Positions 47,369-61,900 are shown, counted from the stretch's first letter. The stretch: 64,000 nt of DNA from Octopus sinensis (GCF_006345805.1 NC_043005.1:43524001-43588000); one strand, 5' to 3'. Numbers and translations are program-made. The notes: a model not told the origin generated them from the sequence alone.

Positions 47369-48312
47369 CATACATACATACATACATACATACATACATA
47401 CATACATGCATACATACTTGCAGAAAAAAGTTATGAATCAATTTAATTTTTGAAGGTACATATAAAATATCGCTCTATTTAATAAACATATACTTTGTTT
47501 ATTTAATTAATCAATTTTTTTTTTGTATTTTATCATAGTCATATTTACAAATTTTTGTCTGGTTATTTATTTAATTTTTTAAAATAGCATTCATTTTAAC
47601 ACTCAAACATGTGCTTATATTCTTATACAAACACTTATCAGGAAAACAACTCACACATACTCACTATTTCCATTTATATACAGAACTAAACTAAAATACT
47701 TATTTTGATTACCATGGATTTTTTTCTTGTTTTCTCATAAAAATAAAGGACATCTATCATTGGGGGAAAAAAAACCCGCCCTACTTTCAAATTTTCTTTG
47801 TGTAGAATAAGCAGAAAATTACATCAAAAATTTATAATTTTAATCATACAACAAATATTTTATGCATTTTCCAGATATTTATCATAGTGTATAGTTTGAA
47901 GGAAAATTGTATAAATTTAGGTACGTTTTACTTATTAACTAACAATTATCTGAATAGATTACTTTTCAGTTATGAGAAGTATACTTTATCAAATTCTTTT
48001 TAAACTATTACTTAGGTTGTGTACTTTCATGTTTAATTTCTTATGCTGTTTTATTCTACATGTTAGAGTGCTTGTTTGATGCTTTGTAAGTAATGCTTGT
48101 TTAATGTTACTGTTATGTAGAACCTGCCTCTGTCTGCATATATACTTACTTAAGTGGCTGTACTTTCACTTTCAGTATGTACGTATTAGGCATGCTATTA
48201 CATTCATAAACTGCACACACACACACACATATATTTATACATATATATGTATGTATACATATACACATATATTTATATGTATGTATGTAAGTATGTATGC
48301 ATGTATGTATGT

Positions 48313-48360
<48 letters not shown>

Positions 48361-49074
48361 GGATTGAAAAATAGGGTGTTAAGGTGTGAAGGGGTTAGTG
48401 TCATGTACACCTGTTATATCATCTTTTGCCCTATCATTTCTCTGGTTACTCTCTCTTTGGTTGTGAGTGTTGTTGTTGTTGTTAATGGTGGTAGTGGTGG
48501 TGATGGTCGTGGTTGTGTTGTCAGTATTATTTGTGTTGATTTGCCTGTTTTCATCATTGTTTTCATTGTTGCAGTTGCCATTACTATCCTCACTATTATC
48601 ATTATTTTTACAGCTACATCATCATCATCATCGATTGAGTTATCATCAACATCCTCATCATCATCATCATCATCATTATCATTATTATTATTAATACTAA
48701 GGCACTGAGCTGACAGAACTATTAGCACACCGGGCAAAATGCTTAGCAGTATTTTGTCCATCTTTACGTTATGAGTTCAAATTCCGCTGAGGTTGACTTT
48801 GCCTTTCATCCTTTCAGGGTCAATAAATTAAGTACCGGTGAAACACTGGGGCCGATATAACCGACTAGTCCCCTATCCACAAAATTTCAACCCATGTGCT
48901 TGTAGTAGAAAGGTTATTACCATTATTACTACAATTATTATTATCAGTCTTGTTACCATTAGTTTTGTCATTCCTGTAGGTGTGAGTGTTGTCATTATTT
49001 TTATTCCAGCAAGTGGTTGTGGTGGTGTTGGCACTGGTTCTAGTGTTGGGGTTTATTAATATTTCTAAGTCTCT

Positions 49075-49541
49075 TTAACCCTTTCGTATTCAGATTATTT
49101 TGTCAAATGTAATGTTTTTTTAATTGACATTGTTTATAATTAATCATGCTTTATTTTGTAGCTATAAAGTTTTGATGATGAGATTGTATATTTCTAGAAT
49201 GGCATTGAAGGGTAGGTGTGATAGGTTGAATCTGACGAGCTGGCAGAAACGTTAGCACGCCGGGAAAAATGCGTAGCCGTATTTCGTCTGCCGTTACGTT
49301 CAGAGTTCAAATTCTGCCGAGGTCGACTTTGGCTTTCATCCTTTCGGGGTCGCTAAATTAAGTACCAGTTACGCACTGGAGTCGATGTAATTGACTTAAT
49401 CTGTTTGTCTGTCTTTGTTTGTCCCTTCTATGTTTAGCCCCTTGTGGGTAGTAAAGAAATAGGTTGGATCTGACTAGTTAGAACATAAAGCAGGTAGAAT
49501 ATTTGGGCCGGATATGGCCTGTTTCAATACCAAAGGGTTAA
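49075..49541. mobile_element. piggyBac-type MITE carrying a nested Deu/Nin SINE (49234-49460)
   Basis: TTAA|CCCTTTCG...CCAAAGGG|TTAA, with a complete SINE inside. Confidence 0.75.
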
Positions 49542-49823
49542 ATGAGACTATGGCAGAGGTACTGGATATATTAATAGCCTGGTTCGGCTGCTCTACATTG
49601 ATAAGGGGCAAATACCCTGTGAGCAATAAAGAAATAAATATTTACAACTCTTCAGACATGATGACCAGTAGCATATAGCCATTTGTGTTTTTTATGCTGG
49701 AGGTAAGTATACAGTTCTACTTCAGTTGGTGTCAATGAAAAAGCAACCCAAATGAAAAAGAGGTGAAACGTTATAACATTTTCCGGGAGGGAAAGACGAA
49801 TTACATCCTATGGGATGATATTA

Positions 49824-49890
<67 letters not shown>

Positions 49891-49894
49891 GAAG

Positions 49895-50350
49895 TCAACG
49901 AACTGGCAGAATCATTAGCACGCCAGGCAAAATGCTTTGCAGTATTTTGTCTATCTTCACGTTCTGAGTTTGAATTCCCCCAAGGTCGACTTTACATTTT
50001 ATCCTTTCAAGGTCAGTAAATTAAGTACCAATGAAACACTGGGGTCGATGTAATTAACTAGTTCCCATCCCCCACAATTTCAGGCCTTGTGCCTATAGTA
50101 GAAAGGAATATTATTATTATTAGGATGGTGAGCTGGCAGAATTGTTAGCACACCAGGCACAATGCTTTGTAGCATTTCATCCATCTCTTTTGGTTCTGAG
50201 TTCAAATTCTGCTAAGTTTGACTTTGCCTTTTATTTTTATGAGGGTCAATAAAATAAGTATCGGTTTAACAATGGGGTGGCGGGTTGATGTAATCAACTA
50301 TACTCCTCCCCGAAATTGTTGGCCCTGAGCCAAAATTTGAAACCAATATA
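49895..50350 (+). mobile_element. Two tandem diverged Deu/Nin-like SINEs
   Basis: Heads at ~49898 and ~50128, each with the GTCGACTTT..CTTT.ATCCTTT core. Confidence 0.7.
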
Positions 50351-50489
50351 TTTGTGTCTGTGTGCGTGCGTGTGTGTGTGTGTGTGTGTGCTTATGTATG
50401 TATGTCTGTGTGTGCGCGACTGTGTATTAGAGCAGTCAAATGACTGAAACAAGTAAAAGAATAAAAGAAGATATATATATATATATATA

Positions 50490-50531
<42 letters not shown>

Positions 50532-50831
50532 ATATCAATAGATAGATATATTTATATATTTATATATACAGACACAAATCAAGGTTTGTGTAATCTTTGC
50601 TATATGTATGTGAGTAAATTGAAAGGAAGGTAAACACACACACACACACACACATACACTCACATACACTCACATGCACATGTTAAAAGAACATGTTAAA
50701 TATATGCCACACTTTGCATTATGCTTAACACCCTACTGCATAACATGCACATCCATAAATACGCACACACACACACACATGTATGTGTATACATATGTGT
50801 GTATGTGTACATATGTATATGTATATATATA

Positions 50832-50916
<85 letters not shown>

Positions 50917-50994
50917 TTATATATAATGTATGTATGTATGTATATATATTATATGTATATATATAAATATGTATATATGTATATGTATATACAT

Positions 50995-51195
50995 ATCATC
51001 ATCATCATCGTCGTTTAGCGTCCGTTTTCTATGCTAGCATGGGTTGGACGGTTCTACTGGGGTCTGTGAAGCCAGAAGGCTTCATCAGGCCCAGTCAAAT
51101 CTGGCAGTTTTCTACGGCTGGATGCCCTTCCTAACGCCAACCACTCCGTGAGTGTAGTGGGTGCTTTTTACGTGCCACCCGCACAGGTGCCAGAC
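50995..51195 (-). mobile_element. RTE-type 3' end
   Basis: Nearly identical to 46460-46670. Confidence 0.8.
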
Positions 51196-51277
51196 GTGTG
51201 TGTGTGTATGTGCACGCATGTGTATTTATATATATATATATATAATTATATATATGCATACATACATATATATACAT

Positions 51278-51335
<58 letters not shown>

Positions 51336-51364
51336 CATATATATATATGCATATATATAATATA

Positions 51365-52815
51365 TAGCAGATGCTAAAAATTATAGGCCTATCTCTCTGA
51401 CCCACACATCAGCAAAGTCATGGAACGAATAGTCCGTAAGAAACTAATCATGTTCTGAGAAAATGACTTACTGTCTGACACCCAGCATGGATTTCGACCA
51501 GGTAGAGGCTGCCAACACAGCTCCTGCAACATATGACTGGGTGTTGAAACAGCTATAATGGCTCAAATGTGGATGTAATATATCTTGACTTTGCAAAAGC
51601 CTTTGATAAGTCGACCATGGTATGATCTGTCACAAACTGCGTGGTCTCGGCATAGGCGGGAAAATTGGAGAGTGGCTGCACAACTTCCAAAAGACAGAAA
51701 ACAGGCAGTTGTGAGCAATGGAGCCACCTCCAGGGAAACGCAAATAACAAGCGGTTGTCCCACAGGGCACTGTCTTGGGGCCACTGATGTTCATAGTGGC
51801 CCTTTCAGACATGCCTTCAGTTGCTACGATGACCACCCTTGCTAGCTATGCAGATGACACAAAAGTCTCCACGCAATACAAAACCCTGAAAATATTGTGC
51901 ATCTGCAACATGAGCTCGACACAATATACAGGTGGGCTGAGGACAACAACATGCAGTTTAAGCAGGTAAGTTCCAGGCCCTGCGCTACTGGCACACAAAG
52001 GTAAATGACGTGAAGACTGGATACACTGGCCCAGGAAGAATGCAATCCCTGAGTCAAAATCAGTGCGTGACCTGGGCATTGACATGAGCAATGATGCATC
52101 TTTCCAAATGCATATTGCTAATCTGGTGTAAAATGCAGACGGCTAGCTGGATGGATTCTCCGAACTTTCAGAACAAGAGAGAAGAGACACTGATGGTCCT
52201 ATGGAAAACATTTGTCCTCAGCCGCTTGGACTACTGCTCCCAACTTTGGTCACCACACAATATAAAACAAACAGCAGAACTCGAAGCAACTCAAGAGAAG
52301 CTACCAAAGAAAATCGTCTCAATGCAAAATGTCAGCTACTGGAAAGACTGAAGGTATTAAACCTCTTCTCCCTGGAGCGGAGGCAGGAGAGATATGCAGT
52401 GATATACATCTGGAAAATCCTGGAGGGTCTTGTCCCAAACTTTGGCATTCAAAGTTACTCCAACCGCAGAACGGGGCGGCTGCGTGGTGCCAAGGATTCC
52501 AACATCACCATCAAAATACAGGTCCAGATACTGCAACAGCTTGGGTTTCAGAGGACCACAGCTCTTTAACATCCTCCCTAAATGCCTGAGAGACTTACAT
52601 GGTGTGGATGTGGGTTTCTTTAAAACTAAACTGGATCTCTTCTTGTTGGGTCCCAGATGAACCTACCTCACGACAGGAGACACGGATGCGGGCAGCAGCA
52701 TCGAACTCCCTTGTGATCAAGTCCACGTATCAGAGGTGGATTCACAAAATAGTGTAGCTCATTCAGCGGTGGTGCCCCAGCATGCCGCGGCCTTCGGGCT
52801 AAAACATTTAAGGAT
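51365..52815 (+). mobile_element. CR1-like LINE 3' part (RT to tail), degenerate
   Basis: NYRPISL; VPQGTVLGPLMF; LASYADDTKV; SRLDYCSQLWSP; SLERRQERYAVIYIWKILEGLVPNFGI; tail GGTGGTGCCCCAGCATG...(ATTTAAGG)2. Confidence 0.88.
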
Positions 52816-53236
52816 TTAAGGATATATATATATATACTGTATATATATACACACACACACACACACGTACATGCACACACACATATATATACACGTGTAT
52901 GTGTGTGTGTGTGTGTATATTTTACGGTAGGGTATAAAGCATGACACAGACTAAGGCATATCTCTAACACACGGTCTCCTTTCTCCTTTCCACCGAAAGT
53001 TGAACCTTCCAAAAAAACCCTTTCCAACAACTTATCCGATGTTTTTTTTTTTTCATTTATTTATCATTATTTATTCATTTATTTATTTATTATTTATTTA
53101 TTTATTTATTCATTCCCTCTCCTGTCATATAGACCAATATTGAATTAATCGGTTATTTTTATTATTTTGCCGCCATTTCTGCATTGTAACCAGTTATTCA
53201 TTTGAATATAGGAATACATACATACATACATACATA

Positions 53237-53270
<34 letters not shown>

Positions 53271-53687
53271 TACCTAGTTTCTTTCATATATGAAAAATCA
53301 AATAAAATTCCAAATTTACCTAATTTTACTACTTTCCTGCTTGCCATCTTGTGTAAGTTTACCCCTCCTTTCAATTCACTCACATACATATTGCAAAGAT
53401 TACACAAACCTTGTTTTGTTTTGTTTTGTTTTTTGTTCTGTGTTTTTTTTTTATCCTTCTTCTTTTTTTTCCTTTTGCTTCTTCTTCCTATACTTCTTCT
53501 TCTTCTTCTTCTTCTTCGGCTTTACCTAATTTTTAAAATGGAATCTTGTGTTCTGTTTTGTTATTCCTTTTCTTTTCTTTTTAAAATTTAAATGCAATAA
53601 CAGAAAATGTATTGCAGAATGTAACTTTTACATACATACATACATACATACATACAGATATATTTACACATACATTCATACATACAT

Positions 53688-53853
<166 letters not shown>

Positions 53854-53982
53854 GCATATTGTATATATGTGTGTATATATACACACACACACATATATAT
53901 ATATTCATACATATACATACACAAGCACACATACACAAATGAACATGGACACAAACACAGACACACACACACACACTCACAT

Positions 53983-54041
<59 letters not shown>

Positions 54042-55129
54042 TGCATAACAAAGATGCAGATAAACTTATACACAAATATATGCATAAATAATACCTTGCT
54101 TACACACACACACACACACATACACACACACAAATATTTACATAGACAAATATAATTATGCATGTATGTGTGTGTGTGTGTGTATACACACAGACATATA
54201 TACACATACATATATATAAAGATATATTTGTATGTGTATAAAGTCTCTTAAGAATGCAGAAAACTCCAAGAAATGAGAAATATTTTCATTTTCAAATGAA
54301 GTTAAATGAAATGTATAACCTTAGCATAAGCTGCCTGACTCCCTGTTGCCAACCAAAATGTACACAAATGTGAAATTCTGGTTAAACTGTAAAATGTGTC
54401 ACAGAACAAACAGCATAGATTTTCTTTCAGTATCAAACTATTTGACCATTTTAACTGTAATGTGTTTTAGTTACCTAAATGTTTTATCTTGAAACAAGAT
54501 TTGCAATTCATAATGAGATTTCTCATAAAAAGTACCAAAACATTAACATTTCTCAGCAACATGAATTCACAGACAATATAGAGGATAACCGTTGCTAGAG
54601 ATTATACCACCATCACAACAACAACAATCATATTTGTATGCAGAAATAATTCTGGAGAAATATCACTGAAAGTATATTTATCTACAATATTTTATTGCAT
54701 TTTAACTTTTTCGTTTCAATGAAATCATTCTAAATATTCCGAGAGTGGAAAATATAATAAAAGATCTAATATTAAAATCCTTGTGAAAATTATAAACTTT
54801 GTGAGGAAGCATGATATTGGGGCTCTTAGGAAACACAGAAAGCAGAAGGAATTTTTCCAAGGAAAAACTGAAGAACTTTTATGGTAAAAGTTAAATAAGG
54901 AACTTTTGAGATGGAAACCTAATGTAATAATACAAATTGAAAGCTATAAAAGAACTTCAATGAAATATGCTAATCATGAATATCTCTGAGGGACTCTGAT
55001 GTAAGACATCTCATGAATATTCTAATGTAAGTTACCAGGTAACCTTAAATAACCCAGCATTAGGAACTTTCATAGAAAGCTAAATATTGATTTTCTACAT
55101 TAAGAGAAAGCTTCATATATATATATATA

Positions 55130-55610
55130 TCATCATCATCATCATTTAACGTCTGCTTTCCATGCTAGCATGGGTTGGACGGTTCAACTGGGGTCTGGGA
55201 AGCCCGAAGGCTGCACCAGGCCAGTCAGATCTAGCAGTGTTTCTACAGCTGGATGCCCTTCCTAACGCCAACCACTCCGTGAGTGTAGTGGGTGCTTTTT
55301 ATGTGCCGCCGACACAGGTGCAAGACGAGGCTGGCGAACAGCCATGCTCGGATGGTGTTTTTTATGTGCCACCGACACAGGTGCCAGACGAGGCTGGCGA
55401 ATGGCCACACTCGGATGGTGTTTTTTACGTGCCACTGGCACAGGGGCCAGGCGGGGCTGGCACGGCCACGATTGGATGGTGTTTGTTACGTGCCCACAGC
55501 ATGGAGGCCAGTCGATGTGGTACTGGCTACGGCCATATTCGGATGGTTTTCTTATGTGCCACTGGCACTGGTATCACAAAATACAAATTCCATTGATGTT
55601 CATCGATTTT
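55130..55610 (-). mobile_element. RTE-type 3' end with ~52-bp internal tandem repeats
   Basis: TTTTTATGTGCC.CCGACACAGGTG..AGACGAGGCTGGCGAA..GCCA..CTCGGATGGTG is repeated, with further degenerate units. Confidence 0.8.
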
Positions 55611-56009
55611 GATTTGATTTGATTTATATATATATATATATACATACATACATACATATATATATACATAAATATATATTATATAGGGGAAATGTATTGC
55701 AAATTCAAATTAATAACAGTATATTACTGGTATTTATTTCATTGACCTAGGGAGGGTAGAATGCTAAGTTGACTGTAGAAGGATATGGAATTGCAGTGTA
55801 AAAGAATGAATCTAAATTCAAGGCTCTATTTTATTTGGCATTTTGGAAACACTTGTCGCAGGTGGTGGTGGTGTTGTTGTTGCTGGTAAATGAGGATGTA
55901 TTTCTAGGGCTGTGTGTAGATGTAATTAACAATATCCATGAACAATTAACAGAAAATTTTATGACTGCACATAGTGTTTTCTGTGTTGGTCTTTTACAAA
56001 TACTAACAG

Positions 56010-56128
56010 CAATAACTACATACCGGGAGATTCACGAGAAATTAACTGGCCTATCACATTTGGAAAAGAAATTTTGCAGTATATTCATGATGATAAAATC
56101 TCTCTTTTCTATCTGCCACTGGTTGGTG
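56010..56128 (+). CDS. Candidate internal exon (119 nt), unknown protein
   Basis: TCTTTTACAAATACTAACAG|...GGTG|GTAAGT. Two frames are open; one gives NNYIPGDSREINWPITFGKEILQYIHDDKISLFYLPLVG. Confidence 0.4.
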
Positions 56129-57224
56129 GTAAGTGAGAATGGAGATGTAAAATGGCTGTCTCAACATTCTGCAATTAGTGTGAAAAATCCACCTTTATGC
56201 AGGGCTCAATGAAAAAGTTCCAGAAAGCTGAATTACATGTTGACTTGATGCTGATTGGTCAGTGAATCAGCCAATCATGTAAAATTACAGTGGTCTTATC
56301 ATGGCGATCTAGTGATTCACTTCCAAATCTGCTGCACACTAATATAAATAATCTTCTTAAAATATCTGACAGAGTTCTCTGATTAAAACCTAAACCTCAA
56401 AGTAGAGGTGGCATAGAAGCTACAGCAGCATATAACATTTGGAGACACTACCTACATTTGATAGATATAAAGAGATAAAGAATAATTCCTTTTGCAGCAT
56501 ATTACCAAGAAACCCAATAACAAATATAACAGGAACAACAGTATAGCAAAAAATCACGTCTTCAATGCTGGCTTTCTTCTTCAGCTCTCAATAGTTACTA
56601 ACTCTTTGCAAAGCTTGAGTGAGATCCATAATGTAACTCTGCTCTGAAATTTGAAACGATGCTACTGATACAACTACAGACATATTAAATTGCTCTATTA
56701 CAAAAATCACCCAACTGATTGGCATAACATTCCTGCCCAAAATAACCTCTAATCCACACCCAAGTTATCTCTTTTTCCTGCCTCTTCTATGATTATTACA
56801 GTAACCTCTAATCATTGGAGCTGGTTCCTCTTCTTCCTCATGTTACTTGTCTCTATTTTGTCACTTAGGTGGCCACCAACGTCTACCTATAATTTTTCCT
56901 ATAAAGTGTCAATGGCAGTAATCTCTGTCTATGAAGAGTATAGGTACAGCCTTTTCCTCCAGAACAAACTATTCATTAAAAAAAACAAATGGGAAAATCA
57001 AAACCCTCATAAACATTTGCAGTAAAGTAACTAGAATCATTTCATTTTATATCAAGAGCACTCAGAGAGCACAAACCTCCACCAGGCAACATCAATGTCC
57101 TCTCAACGATTAGCCAGAGATGATTTTTAAAATGAGAATATCTGAAATAAACTTGACTGCTCTCACAAACGAGAATACTAAAAATGAACTTGACCACTCT
57201 CAAAAATTAAGTAAAAAACATGGA

Positions 57225-57428
57225 AAAATAATCCAGAATCCTTGTCCAGTACCAGATTGATCCCAAAATCTAATCAGTTCATGTCCGTCATGAGGCCAAA
57301 CATCCCTGAAAGTTTCATCTGAATCCATTCAGCAGTTCTTGAGATATCTTGTCCACGGTCTAACAAACAAACAAACAAACATGACTGAAAACAATACCTT
57401 TGCCTTAGTTAAAGTGGAGGTAATAAGC
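57225..57428 (+). mobile_element. Probable Helentron-associated (HINE/DINE-like) non-autonomous element 3' part
   Basis: AAAGTTTCATCTGAATCCATTCAGCAGTTCTTGAGATATC, (ACAA)n, then an imperfect terminal hairpin TACCT...AGGTA followed by ATAA. Confidence 0.5.
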
Positions 57429-58179
57429 CAAGAGAAATATCCATAGCAAATATAGCTTAACCTTTACATAACATTACCTTCGTCAACAATGCTATTTCTA
57501 CCTTACTTTCTGTGCACAGATATTAAGTACATTTTACCTTATTCAGAACAGCAAGGTTTTCTTCAGCCAACTTATACATAACTTTTCTCTTAAAATGATG
57601 AACAGTGAACAGTAACAGTCTGTGTATGCTGAGTAATTTACTGAACAGTACTACATTTCCAGTGCCCTTGAGTCACTTATGACAGAAGCTTTCAGTCATC
57701 TTTTCTTATTCAAGTGAGTGTTAAATAGAGTAATGCCCTTGCTCCTAATTTGTTTAATCTACTTGTAGCACCTATGTTGCACTCAACATCACAAATTGCA
57801 GCAGGTACTCTTGGGTTTTTTCTGTTCAGCTGCCACTTTTCAGCTTCTTCAATATCTGTTCCAATTGATTTCATATATGGTGTTATGATATAGTTTTGCA
57901 CACTAATCATTAACATGAAATTCATTTTCGACATAAATCAATAAATAAAGAGTTAGAATTAACAGCTTTTAAAGTTTGCAAGTTTTGGGTAATTTTAGCT
58001 AATCGTAAGCCACAGACGCATTTATGCCTTTCCATAGTAACAAGCCAAGCTGATACCAAGCTGTTTGCATGTGCAGTCATTTTTCACTTTTTAAGTGGTG
58101 GTTGTGGGATGTGCAAAACATAATAACTAAATAGGCTTTAAATCCTACACCAAAATTTTTTTCACGGTAGTAGTGGTGG

Positions 58180-60885
58180 AGAAATACGTACAGTGATGGG
58201 TATGTAATCATGAATTAAAATATGTATGGAGATCAAAGTTGGTTATGCGTGCATATTTAGACGTTTTCTGTATTTTTCGATGAAAAAACTTTCTTTATTT
58301 AAACGTTCTTGTAAAGAAATTGCATCTTTCCACTGGTAGAAGGAGAAAACTGTGAAATTTGGTTTGCTGTTCCCTGCACATTTCACTATGTGTTCACTTA
58401 AAGGAATTTGTCTGTACTGCAGGAACCAGATCTGCTTTTTATGTTAGTTGTTCTCCGTCTCAATGTCATACTTGTCTGTCCTATATAGTGATGTCCACAA
58501 CCCAAGCAGGTTATTACATAAATTAAATTCTCAGAGGTACAATTGAAGTTGGTTTTAATTGTGAACCTCTCTCCTTGTTTGAAAGGAAATCCGAGCCTTC
58601 AAGTAGGTTGGGGCATGTTCCACAGTTTGGGCGTCCACATTTTTTAACCGTTAGTTTTGTGGTTCTTGTGTAAAGATTTGCATTTGTTAGAAGTCTCTTT
58701 AGCGATTTGTGTTGTTTTTTGCATTTGATGAGTTTATGCGTTTTCAGGATGTTGTTCATTTTTGGGTCTCCAGTTAGTAAAGAAATATTTTGCACAATAG
58801 TGTTGCATGTTTCATTGTTTCTAGGTTTGTGGGTTGATATATACAATAGTGTTTTGAGATGAAGTGTGGTGTTATGCTTTGTTGTCCTTAGTGTCTTTTA
58901 TGTCTAATTTCTTGGCATGCTAAATTCCATCGTCTATAAGAGATGGTGGATATTGTCAGTTAGTGTTGTTTTGATGTCTTGAAGACGAAGGTCCCAAGTA
59001 GTTCTGTCAGACACTAGTGTGCAAATCCTTTTGCCAAATTAAAGGGGATATTCACTTTGATGTATTTCAGGTGGTATGAGATAAAAAAGAGATATTGTTT
59101 CGAGTCCGTTGATTTATGATAGATGTTAGTTATAATTTGGTTGTTGACTTTTTTGTTATCATAATATCCAAAAATCGGAGCTGTTTTTTGTTGTATTCCA
59201 TTGTGAATTGAATTGAATGTTACTATTTATATCATTTAGTGTTGATTTGAAGTTCAAAAGTTTGTCAAAGGTCTCCTTCCAAATGATAGAACAGTCATAC
59301 AAGTATCTTTTCCAGCTTTCTCTTATGTAATTGTGAAATGGATAACCATATTTTTGAAGTGACACTTCATATGTGGTGAATTCAAAATAACCCATTATCA
59401 GGTTCGTAAGAACAGGGGCTGCTTTCATTCCAATCGTAGTTCCACATTTTCGACGACTGCATGTGTCATCAAATAGGAAATAATTGTTCTGAAGTATAAA
59501 TTTTAAAGATTCAATAATAAAGATCTGATTTATGCATTCCGGGAGTACTTCGGGGTACTTTTCCAACCAAAATTTGATTGCTTTTATTCCATAGTCATGT
59601 GGGATGTTGGTGTAAAGATTGATAACATCGAAGAAAACCAATATTGTCTCTTCATTAATTGTTTTTGGTAGGTGTTCTAGCATGTCTAAATCATCTTTAA
59701 TGAAACTTTTGGTGTATTTCAGCAAGAGTTTCAGTAGGATGTATAGAAAATTTCTTAGGCGGTGGGTTTCACAGGCTGGGCCAGCTATAAATGGGCCTTA
59801 ACTTTAAGTCTTCTGGCGCTTGGATATTTATGTATTTGCCTTGTGATTGTTTGCAGGCTTCATTGATTATTTTTCTCTTGTGTATTTTAGGAAGACCGTA
59901 AAAAAGACTGGGTTTACATCTGAAGTTCGTGATATAGTCTGTTTCTTTTTCTGTCAGGTCTTTTCCGTGTAGAAGTATTAAGGATGCAAGATTTTTCATT
60001 GTTTTTTTGTTGTTTATAGTTTACAACTCTTTCGTAGAAGGCATCATTTTCTAGCATGGATAATACTAGGTTTTTGTAGTATTCTGTGTCCATCAGGACT
60101 ACAGCACTTCCTTTGTCTGCTTCTTTAATTGTCAGGTCTTTGTCCTTTTGTAGTTCAATTAGATTTTTCCATTCTAGATTGTTGAGGTTCGAATTAATTT
60201 TTCGTTTATGGAAAGTATATAGGAAATTTTGGATATAGTATCAGAAGTCATCTAGTGTTTTATTCCTACTTTTACGTGGAAGGTAATTACTTCTGTTTTT
60301 AACCAGTGACTCATCTTCATTGTTGTAATCGGCTAGTGCTTCTGCAAGTTGTAGTTTTCTGCAGAATTCCGAAATACTGTCTTTAATTTCATTATGGATA
60401 GCGTGGGGTTGGAGTAAACTTTAATCCTTTAGCTAGTATACTGATTTTTGTTGTAGAGAGAGCTCTCTTTGATAAATTTATTACTCTGGGTTTCTCCTGT
60501 ACGTTTTGTTCCAACGTGTGTCCCTGTTTCTCTCCACTTGGTCTAACGAATGTTTACTGCAATTTGGTTGGTAGAAGTTATTAGTGTTATTATTGTTATT
60601 AATAAAATCAGTATTGTTATTGTTATTTATTATATTGAGATTGCTGGAAGGTTGGTGTTGTTGTCTGGGTAAACTGGTTGGAAGTACGTATTTTGAGTTT
60701 CTTCGTTGGAATAAATGTTAGGGTGCTTAATTATGTTTGGGATGCTGAGGAGTTAGTTGTGCTGTCTGGGTAAATAGGTTGAGAATCCGTAGGTTGAGTT
60801 TCTTTGTAGAGGGATAAAGGGAGTCTCTTGGACGTTTTTAGTTGCTGTGGAGAAAAAATTACTCATAATCCTAGGTTGGTTTCTT
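58180..60885 (-). mobile_element. Penelope-like element body (RT, GIY-YIG), degenerate
   Basis: FYGLPKIHK...LKLRPI; FFDVINLYTNIPH; ILQNNYFLF...GTTIGMKAAPVLTNLIMG; KKCGRPNCGTCPNL; downstream IYVIT...YIGQT. Confidence 0.92.
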
Positions 60886-61531
60886 GAACAACACCCTGAA
60901 AGGGCATAAAATCATCAAATGCAAAAAACAACACAAATTGCTAAAGAAACTTCTAACAAATGTGAAGCTTTACACAACAACCACAAAACCAACGGTTAAA
61001 AAATGTGACTGCCGAGACTGCAGAACATGCCCCAGCCTACTTGAAGGGTCGGATTTCCTTTTCAAACAAGGAGAGAAGTTCACAATTAAAACCAACTTCA
61101 CTTGTGCCTCTGAGAACCTAATTTATGTAATAACCTGTTCAGGTTGTGGACATCACTATATAGGACAGAGAAGTACGACATTGAGAGAAGCACTCTACAT
61201 AAAAAGCAGACTCAGTTTCCACAATACAGACAAATTCCATTAAGTGAACACATAGTGAAATGTGCAGGGAACATCAAACCAAATTTCACAGTTTTCTCCT
61301 TCTACCAGTGGAAAGATACAATTTCTTTACAAGAACGTTTAAATATAGAAAATTTTTTCATTGAAAAATACAGAACACGTCTAAATATGCACGCATAACC
61401 AGCTTTGATCTCTTTACATATTTTAATCCATGATTACATACCATCACTGTACATATTTCTCCCCACTAAACTAGTTTTTCAATGTTTGTGTATGTATGTA
61501 TGTATATATATGCGTATATATATATATATAG

Positions 61532-61601
<70 letters not shown>

Positions 61602-61900
61602 CATATATATATATATTCCCCCACCGAAAGCTAAACAATTATCTCCCCTCTCCACAATAACACAATAATAACGATAACTAATAACTTCCCTTTATATTTT
61701 TCTACTTTTTGAATCATTCATAAATTTCACACTCAACATGGACCAAAAAGTTTCCTCTTAAGAAAATACGTATTTAAATAAATTTTAATGTCATGAATAG
61801 TGAAAGCGAAACCAGTTGACAAACACAATGCAAGATATACTAAAAATTACATTAAAAGTATGTAAATTGTAGTTTATAATCAAAATTCCCCTCTTTCTCT
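60880..61900 (+). mobile_element. Inverted Penelope terminal repeat (GIY-YIG plus 3' UTR)
   Basis: ORF 60884-61243 has KKCDCRDCRTCPSL...ENLIYVITCSGCGHHYIGQ. It is an inverted homolog of 58180-58760, with a hammerhead-like motif at 61789-61821. Confidence 0.85.

Noticed and set aside
49656-49702. Well-bordered 47-nt segment (TTCAG|...GAG|GTAAGT)
   Set aside because: It has stops in all three frames. It could be a UTR or non-coding exon, but nothing else supports it.
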